From NCBI GenBank assembly GCA_050084515.1, contig CM114271.1, forward strand, positions 3,410,001 to 3,474,000: a DNA stretch of 64,000 nucleotides, in the 5' to 3' direction. The stretch is from Blasia pusilla. Lineage: Eukaryota. This document shows positions 1 through 12,040 of this stretch, piece by piece; position 1 is the stretch's first letter; each line of letters starts with the position of its first letter. The notes under the pieces were generated by a model. The model worked only from the letters and a program-made list of their open reading frames with translations, was not told the DNA's origin and searched no databases. Both the position numbers and the translations under genes were made by a program.

Positions 1-138
1 TACATTCCAGAAGTTGACAGTTTTGCATAAGCACACACAACAGACCAACAAGCACAAGACTAAAGAAGAGTATGATAGAGGAATTGAGATACATTCAGCA
101 GAAACTCAGACAAAACTTACATGCAGTACAAGCCTTAC

Positions 139-2164
139 CCGATAGTCTTCTGTGAGATTACTTTCTAAACTGTGTAATATGAGTGGTTGTATTCTGTTGA
201 CAAGATCTGATGAGACCCGTGGTACTTCTGCTATGGTCTCCACTAGAAGAACACAGGTGAAGGAAATCGTAGCTTTTGATTTGGCAGCTAGTCCTGACAC
301 AGTCATGGCCTGAAGCATTACAACTACATGTTAAGAGTGAAATGTATGTTCCACCAGTATGTGCAGTAGAGTAGTAGAGACATTGCAATCTATCCCAAGA
401 AGCAATTCGAAATAACAATTTCCAACCAACAAGTTTCACTTTCACAATATAATGAGGAAGATTGAGGGATGACAGCCAGAACTGGTGTGATATGGAAATG
501 AATCATAAAACCCTCTTGCTATAAACAGGTACTTATTTCAGCACACTTCAGTGCTAGGAACAAGACTCTTACCGAGTCGCATATGGCTTCCAACACTGCC
601 ATATCATTGGTGCATTGTTTAACAAGCCATTGTCGAGGTGGGGGTGCACCTGAGTTCTTGATTGACTCCAAAAATTGCCAACGTGTCTTCCTAAGGGTCA
701 ACCCAGAAAGTCAAAGAAAACAATGTAACATCCATGGTGAGAGAAAGCATCTCACATGTTGAATGGTACTGAAAAAACCCACATTCATACACTCTACACC
801 TAGCTAAACGTGTTGAGCATGAATTGAATGATGCGCAAAACAAAAAACTCACGTACTGTAGATGAAGAAGTTGGACTACTCGCACAAAAAGACTGGTCTC
901 ATGGTAGGGGAGAACACACAGAACAACATCCTCTACATTGTACACCTCAATTCTGCACACAACAGAATGGTTACCGATCTGGAAACTTCAAGAAAGGGCA
1001 TCTCAGCACAAGTAACTGAACCTATCTGCTGACCAGACAGACCAATACATCATGCAAATTGCATGCCGAAAAGCGTAATTGACAGCCATTCACAACAGGT
1101 AAAATTAAGTGTCACAATATGATTGCAACAGTAGGAGGAACTGACTTGTGCCGTCTGATCAAGTACTCCAGTGTCTGGTGCGAGGGCGTCAACATAGCAT
1201 ATCCGCACAGTAGGCAGAGAAATGTTGAGATAGACTTGTCCAACTTTTCATTATCAGCTTTAGATAGCAGCTCTCTGTCCTCCTGAAATTTCTCCAAATT
1301 GAACAGTGTCTTTTTGAACGCTTTGAAGCGACCGTCCATACCTATCAGTTCCTCCAAACCTGTAGACGTCACAGCACAGCAATTTCATTTATCTTGGAGC
1401 TACCAGTCATGTGTCTGGAAACTGTTCAACCACCCTTGAGAGGGATTACGATTTATGTAGCCGTCCATCCGGATGATCCAAGACTAAGAAACGGCGAGGG
1501 TTGGCCATGGAGGGTCGGATTGACGAAAGCTTGAAGCCACGTGATACAGTAACCAATACATGGCCGTCGGCAAAGTGGATGTTAAATTCTGGTGGTGGCT
1601 TCTCGAGTTTTGAACTAGATTAACAGAAAGCCAGCCCGGGCAATTTTCAGTCGAACTTAAGTTCAGATATGGTCTTGCCTCGCAATGGCGCAAACTCATG
1701 ATATTTTACGACTCCCAGCTGGTGGTGCCAAGACCAGCTCATACGTCCAAATTTAAAGGTGACACAGCTTTCAACGACCAGGCTCACATGTAGAGAATGA
1801 CTCGATACCCAGCGTACAGAAAGGCTGGGAAATTCCTTCAATATTCACGTCCAAACGAACACCCACGATATAGTCGTCCTGGTCCCACACCGTCCAAGCT
1901 CTGAATCTTATGACGAGAAAACACTCCTAATGAATTACGTAGGACGAGGCTTCGTCGATAGCCGGAGCGACATCCTCAACTGAAAACGCAAATGTCAAGA
2001 ATTTGGCAGGCACCTGTGAGAGCAAGCGCGAGGATAGTTTGGACGTCAATGTCAGCAGCCTGCGAAGGACTGTAGAGAAGCGACGGCCGTGTGGAAGGCC
2101 TGCTCTTGGTGACACCTCCGGCAACTGCCAGGGCCTTCAGTTGCGATGCGAGGCTGGTGGCCAT
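139..2164 (-). CDS. UTP10: U3 snoRNA-associated protein 10 / HEATR1 (BAP28), exons 1-5 (2164-2014, 1359-1146, 952-857, 690-573, 309-139); gene continues beyond window start
   Basis: Spliced translation MATSLASQLKALA...RPSLLYSPSQAADIDVQTILALALTGLEELIGMDGRF...LEYLIRRHKIEVYNVEDVVLCVLPYHETSLFVRVVQLL...WQFLESIKNSGAPPPRQWLVKQC matches the UTP10/HEATR1 N-terminus. All junctions are GT-AG with consistent phases. Confidence 0.95.
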
Positions 2165-2499
2165 CGCGCTCGACTTGCCTTACACAAGGCTGTCGAGACC
2201 TTAAGGAACTAACTACCCACCTCTTGAGTTCAATTTTTCCTCTCCGCTGACTACAGCAATAAACTTGCGAATCCCAATTCTCTTCCGTCCTCCTTCTACT
2301 ACGAATTCCCCGCCTCTTATTACTTTGTCTCCACCACCACCACCACCACCACCAAATTCCAACCCCACAACCTCGCAGTCTCCTCCCTAGCAATTCTTCA
2401 TGTTCCACCTCTGGGAACAACCCATGCCACAAGACTCACCATTTCAGTAACCTCACTTCTCTCTCGCTCTCCCCTAGAAAGGACATTCAATCGTCCGTT

Positions 2500-2570
2500 T
2501 AGGGTTTGGGGTTTAAAGCCCCTGTTGTTCCAACTGTTAAAACCCTAAACCCCACCCTTTTGTGGGCCCA
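2500..2570. promoter_or_regulatory. Two opposed telo-boxes (TAGGGTTT 2500-2507; AAACCCTAA 2540-2548) plus site II element (TGGGCCCA 2563-2570)
   Basis: Exact motifs about 340-400 bp upstream of the UTP10 ATG. Telo-box plus site II is a known combination in plant ribosome-biogenesis and translation gene promoters. Confidence 0.65.
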
Positions 2571-3279
2571 ACACCCCCCCGTCTCCAGGGAGGAGGACCC
2601 ACATGAGCAAACCTTCACCTTCCCTAATCTGGAGGGAGGGAGGAATAGTATTCAGCAGCAGCCCCAACAAGCAATGCTTGAGAAGTGGAAAGAACCCTGC
2701 TGCTTAGAGGTGGTCGAACGAACAAGCCGACATGGAGGCATGGTACAGGGGGGAGGAGACAGGGCAGGAGGCACAGATAGCACTGTCTTCAAGGTTTTCT
2801 TGCTAGAAATCCTCCACCCATCTGGAGGAACTGGAGGGTGGGCCAGTGGAATAACAGAACGCATATGCAGTTGGAAAATAAAGGGTTAGTGCTTCTGTTG
2901 TGTATGAGAGAGCAGTGGGATGACGATGAGTTTCGAGAGCTCGAGCGGAAGTTGCTCGAGGTTGTCCAGCCGACTGCATTTGTTGTTGTAGCTCCTGTTT
3001 GCTAACCATGTCGTGGGTTTCTGTTTCTTTCTGCAGGACTGGGGACAGTTTAGTGCGTGCGAACTTAGACGCTCGTCTGCGGGAGTTGTAAACTGCAAGC
3101 TCTGTGATGGTGTCGCCGGCGGGTTCTTCTCTGGGGGCTCGCTCCTTCGCCCACTCCTTTGAAGGTCAGTGCGGAGTTAATTCTACGTCGATGGCTTCCA
3201 GCTGTGGTTGAGGAATTGAGGTTGATGATGCGTAGGGAAGATCTGAAGGTACCGAATTTGAGTAACACGTACCGTACAC

Positions 3280-4311
3280 ATGACGGGGAAGAAGAAACGG
3301 AGGGGTGGGCGGAAGGTGCAAAGAGAGCAGGAGCCCGCCTCAATTTCTGAAGCCAAATTTTCAGATGAAGCCACTGAGCAGATAGAGGAGGAACTGGCAA
3401 CTGTGTCGATCTCGGACTTTGTTTCAGAAGGTAAAGAGGAGGCGTCGATCACGCCAGTTGAAGTTGTGGACTCGAATCCTCCAGCGTTGCAAACATCTGT
3501 AACTGTTCTGCCGACTGCGATCAGCAGCAAACTTGGAGTCTCCTTGTCCCAAGAGGCATGGCCTTCCTTTGTGTTTAGTGCCGGGCAGAATCCAATAACC
3601 AGCCCCCTCAATGTCGCAGAACCAGAAGCTCTAAGTGCACAGATGGCTGATTCCACAGCCGTGTGTGCTTCAAGGCCTAGAAGGCAGGCTGCTCGGCGAC
3701 GAGGGGGTAAGTGTCCGACTTCAGAACGGTTCGGAAAACTGGGCAAATCAAGGCAACAGATTCTTCAGCCAGGTGCACAAGAAGTGGCATTTGGACAGGG
3801 CAGGGACCCATTGAGTCTGGTGGTCTCCTATGAGGAAAGCGGTCTTCGGAGGATTGTGAGAGTTCCTGAGGGATGCACTAGTGAGACTATAGTTGACAGT
3901 GCTTTGAGGCAGGCAGTGGCAGGAGCAGCATTGGATTCCGCAGGCTGGCAGGAAGCTTTGAACCAACCAAAAGAGGATGGATATTTCACATACAGCACAG
4001 TTCCAGAGGGGCTCACAGTCGCCAAGTTTCGTGAAATGAAGGGCAAGGTTCTGGTCACTCCTCTGACAGCTGAGAGTGGTCTGTGGAAGCTGAAGGAGGA
4101 GGCTGAGAAGAAGAGGACAGCATCCGAAGAAGTAATAAAGAAAGTGCGAGATTACCTTTTGAAACTCGAATCAGAGCACAAGAAGACCACTGCAGAGAAC
4201 GAGCACTCAGAAGAAGAAAATTCCGCGTGTACACATTGCAAGACTATGCGAACTCATCTAAATGACTTGCTCCAAATAGTGACTCCAAAGGGCGACCCTT
4301 TCCTAATCTAA
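3280..4311 (+). CDS. Hypothetical protein, 343 aa, intronless ORF (basic N-terminus, acidic low-complexity region, predicted globular segment, coiled coil, CxxC)
   Basis: Uninterrupted 1032-bp ORF with protein-like composition; KKKRRGGRK NLS-like start; no family recognised. Confidence 0.6.
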   Translation: MTGKKKRRGGRKVQREQEPASISEAKFSDEATEQIEEELATVSISDFVSEGKEEASITPVEVVDSNPPALQTSVTVLPTAISSKLGVSLSQEAWPSFVFSAGQNPITSPLNVAEPEALSAQMADSTAVCASRPRRQAARRRGGKCPTSERFGKLGKSRQQILQPGAQEVAFGQGRDPLSLVVSYEESGLRRIVRVPEGCTSETIVDSALRQAVAGAALDSAGWQEALNQPKEDGYFTYSTVPEGLTVAKFREMKGKVLVTPLTAESGLWKLKEEAEKKRTASEEVIKKVRDYLLKLESEHKKTTAENEHSEEENSACTHCKTMRTHLNDLLQIVTPKGDPFLI

Positions 4312-4949
4312 TCTGAATGAAATATCTTTCCGGTGCAGCATCACTCGTGCGTCTTTCGGCTAGCCTTTGACGGAGTTCGTGCATGGTCGAGCCTCTAGCA
4401 CTTGTTGCCGACTACAAGAGAAGAAGAATTCGGGGAGCTTTTTTTCTTCTTTTTTTTTTCTGGGAGCGAAAGTCCAAAGATCAATTGTTCTTGTCGAAAA
4501 CAAGGTGACCTGGTGCTTGAGAAATCTTAGCAGCACGTAAGCATCTAGGTCTAGATCTTATTGCCTCATGCACCTCTGAAAACAGGATTCCGTGTGAAAT
4601 TGTTGGCAGCACAGAGAGCTACCCCACATACAATCTGGAAATAAAAGTTGGCGAACTGAGTTCAGAGTCACCGAAAACGATTTGCTAAGATCTCGAAAGG
4701 GAGGCAACTACTGAGATCCGGATTCCACGGGCGTAGCGTTTCTGAGGGTTAGTTGACCTCAAGCGATGGGCATATCCATGAAAACCACCAAGTACAAAGG
4801 CGTAGGAAGACAGAGTTGTCGAGATCGCCCACTCAACGTCCCGGTGATTCCTACCGTGTAGCAACAGACACCGTGGACAGTTTGCGCTTCAGATGACACG
4901 TCATTCTCAATAATCAGGATGAAAAGAGTTTGCGTCTGATTCAAGGGCA

Positions 4950-5560
4950 ACAGTACGAAGCAAATCCTAGATCTGTTTGCCACGAGATCAGGCGAAATCG
5001 GGAAGCGGCATCTACTCTGCACTATATAATTGGGAGCAATCGCGGACACGTCTCGTTTGAGTTGACATCTCGCTCTCTACCATAAGGATGAAGAGAGGCT
5101 TCTGTCAGCACATAGAAGCAATACCTCGATCTGTCTAAACACGCGACACTCAAAGGTCAGAATGCAGAAAAGCTTGCACAATACTGGAAACCAAATCTAC
5201 TACAGTTTTTGAGATCTGTGAAAAACCATGTACACTTCTCGTTTGAGTGGCCAAGCCACTCTCGAAAGGCGCGGAAGCACAGAAGCGAGGATGGTTTCAA
5301 GTGCGCACTCCTGTGTAGCAATATCTCGATCTGTCAAAGAAACCTGAAGAAATTAAGACGTAACAGTTAGGATTTTTAAAAGTTGTAGGTGACACTCCTT
5401 CCTTCAATGCTTTGTGCAATTTGGATGTCACTATGCTTTTGTGGATTCCAGAGCTGCGTATTTTGGGAAGGACATGGAATTTCAATGCCTTCTTCTTATG
5501 CAATTTCTGGAACACATCAAGAATACTCTTCTCCAGTGCATTTTAGGGTAACTAGCAAGT
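4950..5560 (+). pseudogene. Possible decayed leucine-rich-repeat gene fragment
   Basis: Scattered LRR-like peptides in broken frames (KQILDLF, QYLDLSKHATLKG, QYLDLSK, LCNLDV, ELRIL) and a roughly 190-bp internal repeat (5047-5140 vs 5233-5340); no intact ORF. Confidence 0.35.
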
Positions 5561-6110
5561 GCACTTGCTAGTTAAATTTATATAATTGTAAATCTATAGA
5601 ATTAAAAGGAACGGGGTTAGACAATTGTCCTTTTAAGGGTTCCCTTTTCACTAGTGGACTTAAGAGCCCTGATTTCCTAGGCTCAAAAATTTTGGATTCA
5701 AATGTGGGACAACCACTATGGAAATCACACATCCCTTCCAAGCTCGCTCCAAGCACAACACGCTTGCCAACGTTATATGAAATCGAATCACGAAATCTAT
5801 ATTATTATTATTGGAAAATGCCACTTTCATTCAACAAAATTATTTGACTCTTTCATCCAGGAAAATTATTTGCCTTCTCATTCAATAAAATTACTCTAAA
5901 TGAATTTTAAATTACACTTATAAATTAATTATGTTTGATAATTCAAACCCCAAACACTAGTTCTCGTAGAAAGCACACACGAGTGATTTGAAACGCGACG
6001 GAAGGAACGAAAGTGCCATGAAAAGGCAAGCGTTTCCGTCCACGCTTTCCGTTCACGGTGTGCGTCCAACCAATTCCTCCTTCCTTCCTCAACGCAGCCC
6101 GAGCCAACCG

Positions 6111-6372
6111 TCGGAAACCGGGAACCGGTGAGCGGGAAGCGTTGCCTGAACACGAGTACGCGTGCCTGGAACCGGGAAGCGTTGCCTGAACACGACTGCG
6201 CGTGCCTGAAACCGGAAACCGGTAACCGTTGCCTGAACACGAGTACGTGCGCCTGAAACCGGAAAGCGGTAAGCGGGAAGGGTTGCCTGAACACGAGTAC
6301 GCGTGCCTGAAACCGGAAAGCGGTAAGCGGGAAGCGTTGCCCGAACACGAGTACGCGTGCCTGAAACCGGGA
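6111..6372. repeat. CpG-rich minisatellite, 5 copies of core GTTGCCTGAACACGAGTACGCGTGCCTGAAACCGG, unit about 41-54 bp
   Basis: Directly visible tandem copies; lies about 110 bp upstream of the uS15 ATG. Confidence 0.95.
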
Positions 6373-6482
6373 GGACGTGCTGATTTCACGGCGAGGGGAA
6401 CGATGCATCGCGTCTGGGGTTTTGAGGGTGGGGGAGTTTCGTTGAGAGGGAATCGGCTGAAAGAGTTGGGCAGTGAGTGGAG

Positions 6483-9400
6483 ATGAGGGCTTCATGCTCG
6501 CTGAAGAATCTACTACGCTCAGGGCTGCGGAGTGGGTCGTCGGAATCATGGGGCCTTCTTGCACGCTCTGGTGCTGCGGATGCTTCGCAGCTCTGGAGCC
6601 GAAGATCGTTTGCAGCAGATGGCGATGTGGACGAGGGCGAAAAGGGAGGCAAGGAAGATGACAAGCAGATCAAAAGTAGGTGCCTTACGCCGGCTCTGGT
6701 TCTACCCTAATGCTGTGGACGGGCTTTTATTTTGGTTTGTGATGAGACGCCCTTTACTGGAATCTAAAGAATTTGATGAATGTACTATCAGCAAACGAGC
6801 TGGGCCGCTGGTGGCAAGCGTTCAGTGAACAGAGTCGTGGTCAAGCAGCAGCAGTTGCTGCTGCAGGGAGCACGCAGAAGACAAGTAAGATCCCGCAACT
6901 GCAATGGCGAAATTGGGAGGCAGGGGAGGGGGCCTTCTTTGTATACTAGCTTGGTGATCCGATAGGTTTAAGTAGTGACTTGGCGATTGCTGTTACTGGC
7001 TGGTTGCTGCTGGTAAAATGGAACTTGTAGTATGGGATATCAGGGTTGATTGGAGAGTGGGGATTCTGGATTCTAGCGCTGGAATTCGCAGCTGATGCGC
7101 AGAAGAAGGTGATCTAGAAATTAGGGCTGATTGTAAATGAACTTTTTCCTGCCGAATTCGGTAGCGATTCTTTTCAACTTTCTCTATCTCAATAGCTATA
7201 TGCGCTTTGCACCGACGATGGCCTCCCTCCACGTTTTTCTTCATGACAGCCACGGAGGATAAAAGCGCAGGGAGCAAATGGTTCATTCCGAAAGGAGACG
7301 ACCTATCCCAGGGGCCGGAGGAACAGGAGTCTGCAAGTATGTGGCTCTGTGCCTTATAGCCTTCTGTAATTCCCATCGCATATGTTGTTAAGTTTAGTTT
7401 TAGGGCTTTTGTGAATTTGAGGATTCCTTTGCAAGGTTTCCAAAAAACTGAGACAAGCAAGAGGCACTTTTATTCATTCATTGATGCCGTGTTTTTATCT
7501 CTAATGGGTATTTTACATATTCCTGTCAGTTTCCTGTCTTGTTATGCACTGATGGCAGGCAAAGAATCGCGCAGTAAATGGTTTCTACCTAAAGATGACC
7601 CTCCAGCAGATCAGGATCGCCAGGAAATTACAAGTACGTGAGCTAGGGTTTATGATATGTGCAATTAAATTACGGACTCTTCCATGCGCATTGTGAGACC
7701 ACTTTAAAAGAAGATTTAAAGCATCCCCTAGCCTCTGATTACTGGCATATTGTGATGATAGGAAATAATGGAAAAAAAAAATTCAGCTAAAAGCAATATC
7801 GTCAACAGTCGATGTGTTCCTTGCAATGGCGGCCTCCTACGTAGATGTTGTTTGTGCGTGGTTGGTCTAGCCAGTTTGGCTAGACCAACCACGTCTAGCC
7901 TTCACTGCATCTAGCCAGTTTGGAAGATGCAGTGACATTGGTAGAAGTGAACACATCATTTGTAGAGGTAATGGACACGAAGGGAATGAATCATAAACTC
8001 TTGATCGACATCTTCTAAGTGTTGGGATCTGTGCTACATTTGTGAAGTGATAAATTTTCTCCTAGTTCAATCCCAGAAGTACATACTGAATCTTCATAGA
8101 GAGAGGGAAAGAGGAGACTTTGTAGATTGCAATGAAGCCTGTCCCCATTTTTATTTTGAAGCTGGGAAGAGCCTGGGATGGGGTGCATCAATAGTCAACC
8201 CTGTCCATTGAAATGCATTTTCTGATTTTCTCTCCACCATTACCTGAGCAGGCAAACAAGTTGGGGCACGTTGGCTTGCCTCTGCGCGAGAAAAATCATC
8301 AACAGAAACTGAATTATCAGATCTTTCGAGTATGCTGCTTTCCTCCTTCTCTTTTTAGTCATGATGATTTCTGGAGAGAGGTTGGAAAATGTCAAATCAT
8401 GTTGAAAAGTCGTAAATGTCGCAACTCCTGAACCTCTTTCTGGGAAGGTCCTCAACAGGATATGAGACAGTAGATATAGCCAGTTGGTAGGTAGCATCTC
8501 CAACTTTTTGGGTCAAGTACAATGGAGTCTGTCTTCGATTTTGGTCTTGTACAGTATATTTTGTTTGGTCTCAAAAAACTAACACGTACTCCTGAATTTT
8601 TTTGCTTTGGAATAGTCATCATCTCATGGGCAATTGTATCGTAATGTGGCTTACCTTTTCCTCGTGTTGACGCAACACTTTTAAGTCAATTCTGATTTTA
8701 TTATTGTGTTCAGGCATACCATGGTTCAACAATTCAAGTGGAGAAACACCAGCTTCAGAGCGTGAGCGACTTGAAGTGTCATGTATGTTGAAAGCAATCT
8801 TTTTGCAAATGTAGACTCCTTGTCTTGGAAAGATTGGAATGAATGAATGGGGCAAGGGAGTTTCTGATACCAAATACTCTAGAGAAGGCTGAGTCTACAA
8901 TTGACTCCTTTGTCAAATTATTGATAATAGTGCCTAAGAGTGCCTGTGTGTTTTGCTGGAGATGTGCATTAAGTTCAGCTATATACATTGCAGGCTGGTT
9001 TAGATCTACCGCTAAACAAGAAAATTATCCGTATTTCCCTACTTCATTCACAAACCCAGAAATTGGCCTGAGCTCAAGAGAGCTGTCTAGTTATTATGAT
9101 CATTTACTGGATTCATTGCCTTGAATTTTTCTCTTTTAAATCCGTTTTCTTATGAATTTCTGAATTGCTGTGGAATTAGGATTTACAGATTCCACACCCA
9201 CTGAGAGCACTCTTCATCTCCTAGTGTATTTTATGGCTTCGGCTACCTCATGATCTACTTGGAGTGTTTTGACCTTGTTATTGGCTTTGACAGTGCAAAG
9301 ATTGGCACTGATGAGCAAATTAGGAGACAACAATCAAGCACCTAATTTCATGTTTCTCCCTCCTAAGGACAACCTGCTGAGAAAGGTATGAGTCGTCAAC

Positions 9401-10359
9401 TTCTGTCCTGTGATACCTAGGAATCTATATTGCTGTTGCTTACTTAGGAGAAAGAGTAAAACATGCAGGCCGGAGAGGGGAGAACACTGTAACACTTTGT
9501 CTCAATACATGCTATGACAGATGGTCCCGTCCGTCATAGCAAGTACCAGTTCCCATTGAAAGTGAAAGGACCGTCTACTACATACTGTTAGACTTCTGTC
9601 ACTTTGTCATTGTCGGCTACTAGCAATTTTCCCATCCCAGATTTCTTGATGAATACCTTGTTTGCCTGATGAGCTTGTACATGCAGTAGATATAAGCTCA
9701 CCACACTGGACTCATGATCTTATTGTATCAACTATGCAGTACTTTCATTGGGATAACTTGTCCTCACTTGAGAAACATAAAATTGAACTCGAGAGAGTGC
9801 GTCGAAACTTCCGGATACATGAGACTGACTGCGGTTCTTCTCAAGTGCAGAGTAGGTGTTTCACCACGCTTGTCTTCTTCAAAGACTGATGAACTGTACT
9901 CTTATGGCATTTTTGTAAATTAAAGTTAATTGGAGTCCAACGATCATTCCCACATTTTGATTCTAAATTCTGACTTTCCAATCCACAGTTGCACTGCTGA
10001 CGAACAAGATCAAGTACATGACAAAGCATATGGAGACCCACAGAAAGGTACTGCCCCTGAAGCGAGTACTATGTTACTGGATTCTCTTGACGCATCTTTC
10101 TTGAATTCCATCAATCGATTACCCAGAAATGAACCTTCTTTAGCGGTGGCACCAGTATTTATCTCGTGGAGAGAACATGAAGACTGACAGATCTTGTTTT
10201 ATGTAGGATTACCACTCACGCAAGGGCCTTGAAGCAATGGTTCACCAGCGGAGGAGACTCCTGAAGTACTTGCGACAGAAAGACTGGGAAGCTTACTGCG
10301 ATGTGATTTCCAGATTGGGTCTTAGGGATAATGTGATGGATGCTCCTTCCAAACGTTGA
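6483..10359 (+). CDS. RPS15: Mitochondrial ribosomal protein uS15 (plant S15/NS1-type with N-terminal extension); 7 exons 6483-6675, 7250-7336, 7559-7633, 9294-9385, 9740-9851, 9989-10047, 10207-10359; 256 aa
   Basis: C-terminus [98 protein letters not shown] is a bacterial-type uS15 domain. The N-terminus is R/S/L-rich with an RRSF-A cleavage-like motif (mitochondrial presequence). All introns are GT-AG and phases sum to 771 nt. Confidence 0.9.
7857..7935. repeat. Two adjacent inverted repeats in uS15 intron 3 (17-bp perfect stem 7857-7893; 11-bp stem 7902-7935)
   Basis: CGTGGTTGGTCTAGCCA-GTT-TGGCTAGACCAACCACG and TCACTGCATCT-AGCCAGTTTGGA-AGATGCAGTGA. Confidence 0.9.
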
Positions 10360-10539
10360 ACTTTCTATGAAGAAATACAGACACCGGCACCCCCACTTGT
10401 CCTCCATGCATTTCTCATTCTTTCTGGGTCAAAGCTGTACGAGGGCACAGCCATGATTGCATCTCAAACTTTCGGGAAGCTCGCCTTCTAATTCTCTCAC
10501 ATACCTACAATCGTTGAACTACTGTAATTCGACAGTGGT

Positions 10540-12040
10540 TGGTTGAACCCATTCTCGAATGATCTCGCAAACCTGGGTCGTGGGAAAGCAGGCAGGGTGA
10601 GGTTCTCTATAAGGAAACCATGGAAAGCCAGAACGGTAGTCAATCCGTTTCGAGGGAATCAAAGGATACTCCTTCAATGGTTAATGTGTTGGTCTCTAGC
10701 CAACCCAAGATTTTCTCATCCACGGTGCGCAGCACGTTTCCGGCAGTTGCACAGTGCAGGTGTCTCTGTAAGGAAGCAATGGAAAGGTTGAACGGCAGTC
10801 AATCCTTTTCGATGGGATCAAAGGATATTCTTTCAAAGGTTTATAAGAGTGTCAAGCCTACCAAAGCTTTCTCATCTACAGCGTGCAGCACGTCACCGGC
10901 ACATGCATAACTCTAGTGGAGTCTTCTTGGCAGTTGGATAGTGCGTTCAAAAGACACTGAAAGAAATCAAACTCGAGGAATGAGCCACGACTGAGGCTGC
11001 AACTCCTCGCGACGAGCGCCAGTTATGTAATCAAATAGTTCATCGGGGTGGATCCAAAGTTCTGGTGAAGCACTGCATCTCCACATTGCTGTAGTCGGCG
11101 CGGGATTTGAGGGTCGCCAGGATATTTGTGCACAGGTGGTCGTGAAGCTGGTTAGACCACCCAGGAAAGTCGCCTCGATGTGGAAATTGTTCGTGAGTAG
11201 TCGCAGACACCGACAGCCTGTAATGCTAGGCGATCGCCTCACTCTCGCGCAGGCTGTGAAGTCGGAGCATATATTAAAAGATTCCACACTAGGCGATCGC
11301 TACGATGGCAGCATGTCAATCCAGCACTGCACCGTCGGAAGTGGAATCATTTATAATAGATGGGTCAAGGCGAGAGATTCTCCCAGAGACGACGAAAAGG
11401 CGTGGGGAAAGACGTATCCAGGTTCTCCTCTGATTACAAGCTCACAATTAGATTTCCAGTCAAACATGGAATATCCTGCCCGATGGAGTGAGGCATGGTG
11501 AGCATTAAATGCTTGCGTTGTAGGATTCAGGAATTGGTGCTCGGTGGAAGGCATTTACTACCATTGGATATATCGGGCTCGGGAAGGCCACTTTCAGTAT
11601 GCTCATGTACGAGGACAACACTTTGGAGTCTTCGGAACATATAAATTTTAATGGAAACTTGGATGGAAAATCCAGGGGATACAAAGGAGGGCCAAAATAC
11701 ATAAAGGGGCCTCCTCCTAACAACCAAAATCACAATATCATCCGACATCTAAATATCTATGACTACTACTAGTACTACTACTACTACTGGGCCTCTTCGA
11801 CCTATCTAGTAACCGGTGCGAATATAAAGATAGACGATATGAGGGCTTTAGATGGCCAGGAAAATTTCCGCATGGAGGATATGAAAGTGATAGTTACAAG
11901 GATACCTGACAATGGAGCAGGGAGACTCCGTGAAAAGAGGATGATATGAATGCTCAGCGCAGATTCAAGATATAGATTGTCTACCCTCCGCATTAGCGCT
12001 GTGACTCGACCGTGCAGCCACTTTCTGATGAGCATGAGGA
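10540..12040 (-). pseudogene. Possible decayed F-box/LRR-like gene remnant
   Basis: Broken minus-strand frames with LRR-like peptides (IRKWLHGRVTALMRRVDNLYLE, SLALTHLL, CLRLLTNNFHI); many stops and frameshifts. Confidence 0.25.
10605..10901. repeat. Diverged tandem duplication, period 159 bp
   Basis: Copies start at 10605 and 10764 (CTCTATAAGGAAACCATGGAAAG vs CTCTGTAAGGAAGCAATGGAAAG). Confidence 0.85.

Noticed and set aside
1360-2013. LRR-like peptides in UTP10 intron 1
   Set aside because: Only two short matches (YLNLSS, NLTSTLPT); too weak to support.
5929-6564. 211-aa and 148-aa minus-strand ORFs with peptide repeats
   Set aside because: These are by-products of the stop-free minisatellite, and the longer one overlaps the uS15 first exon on the other strand.
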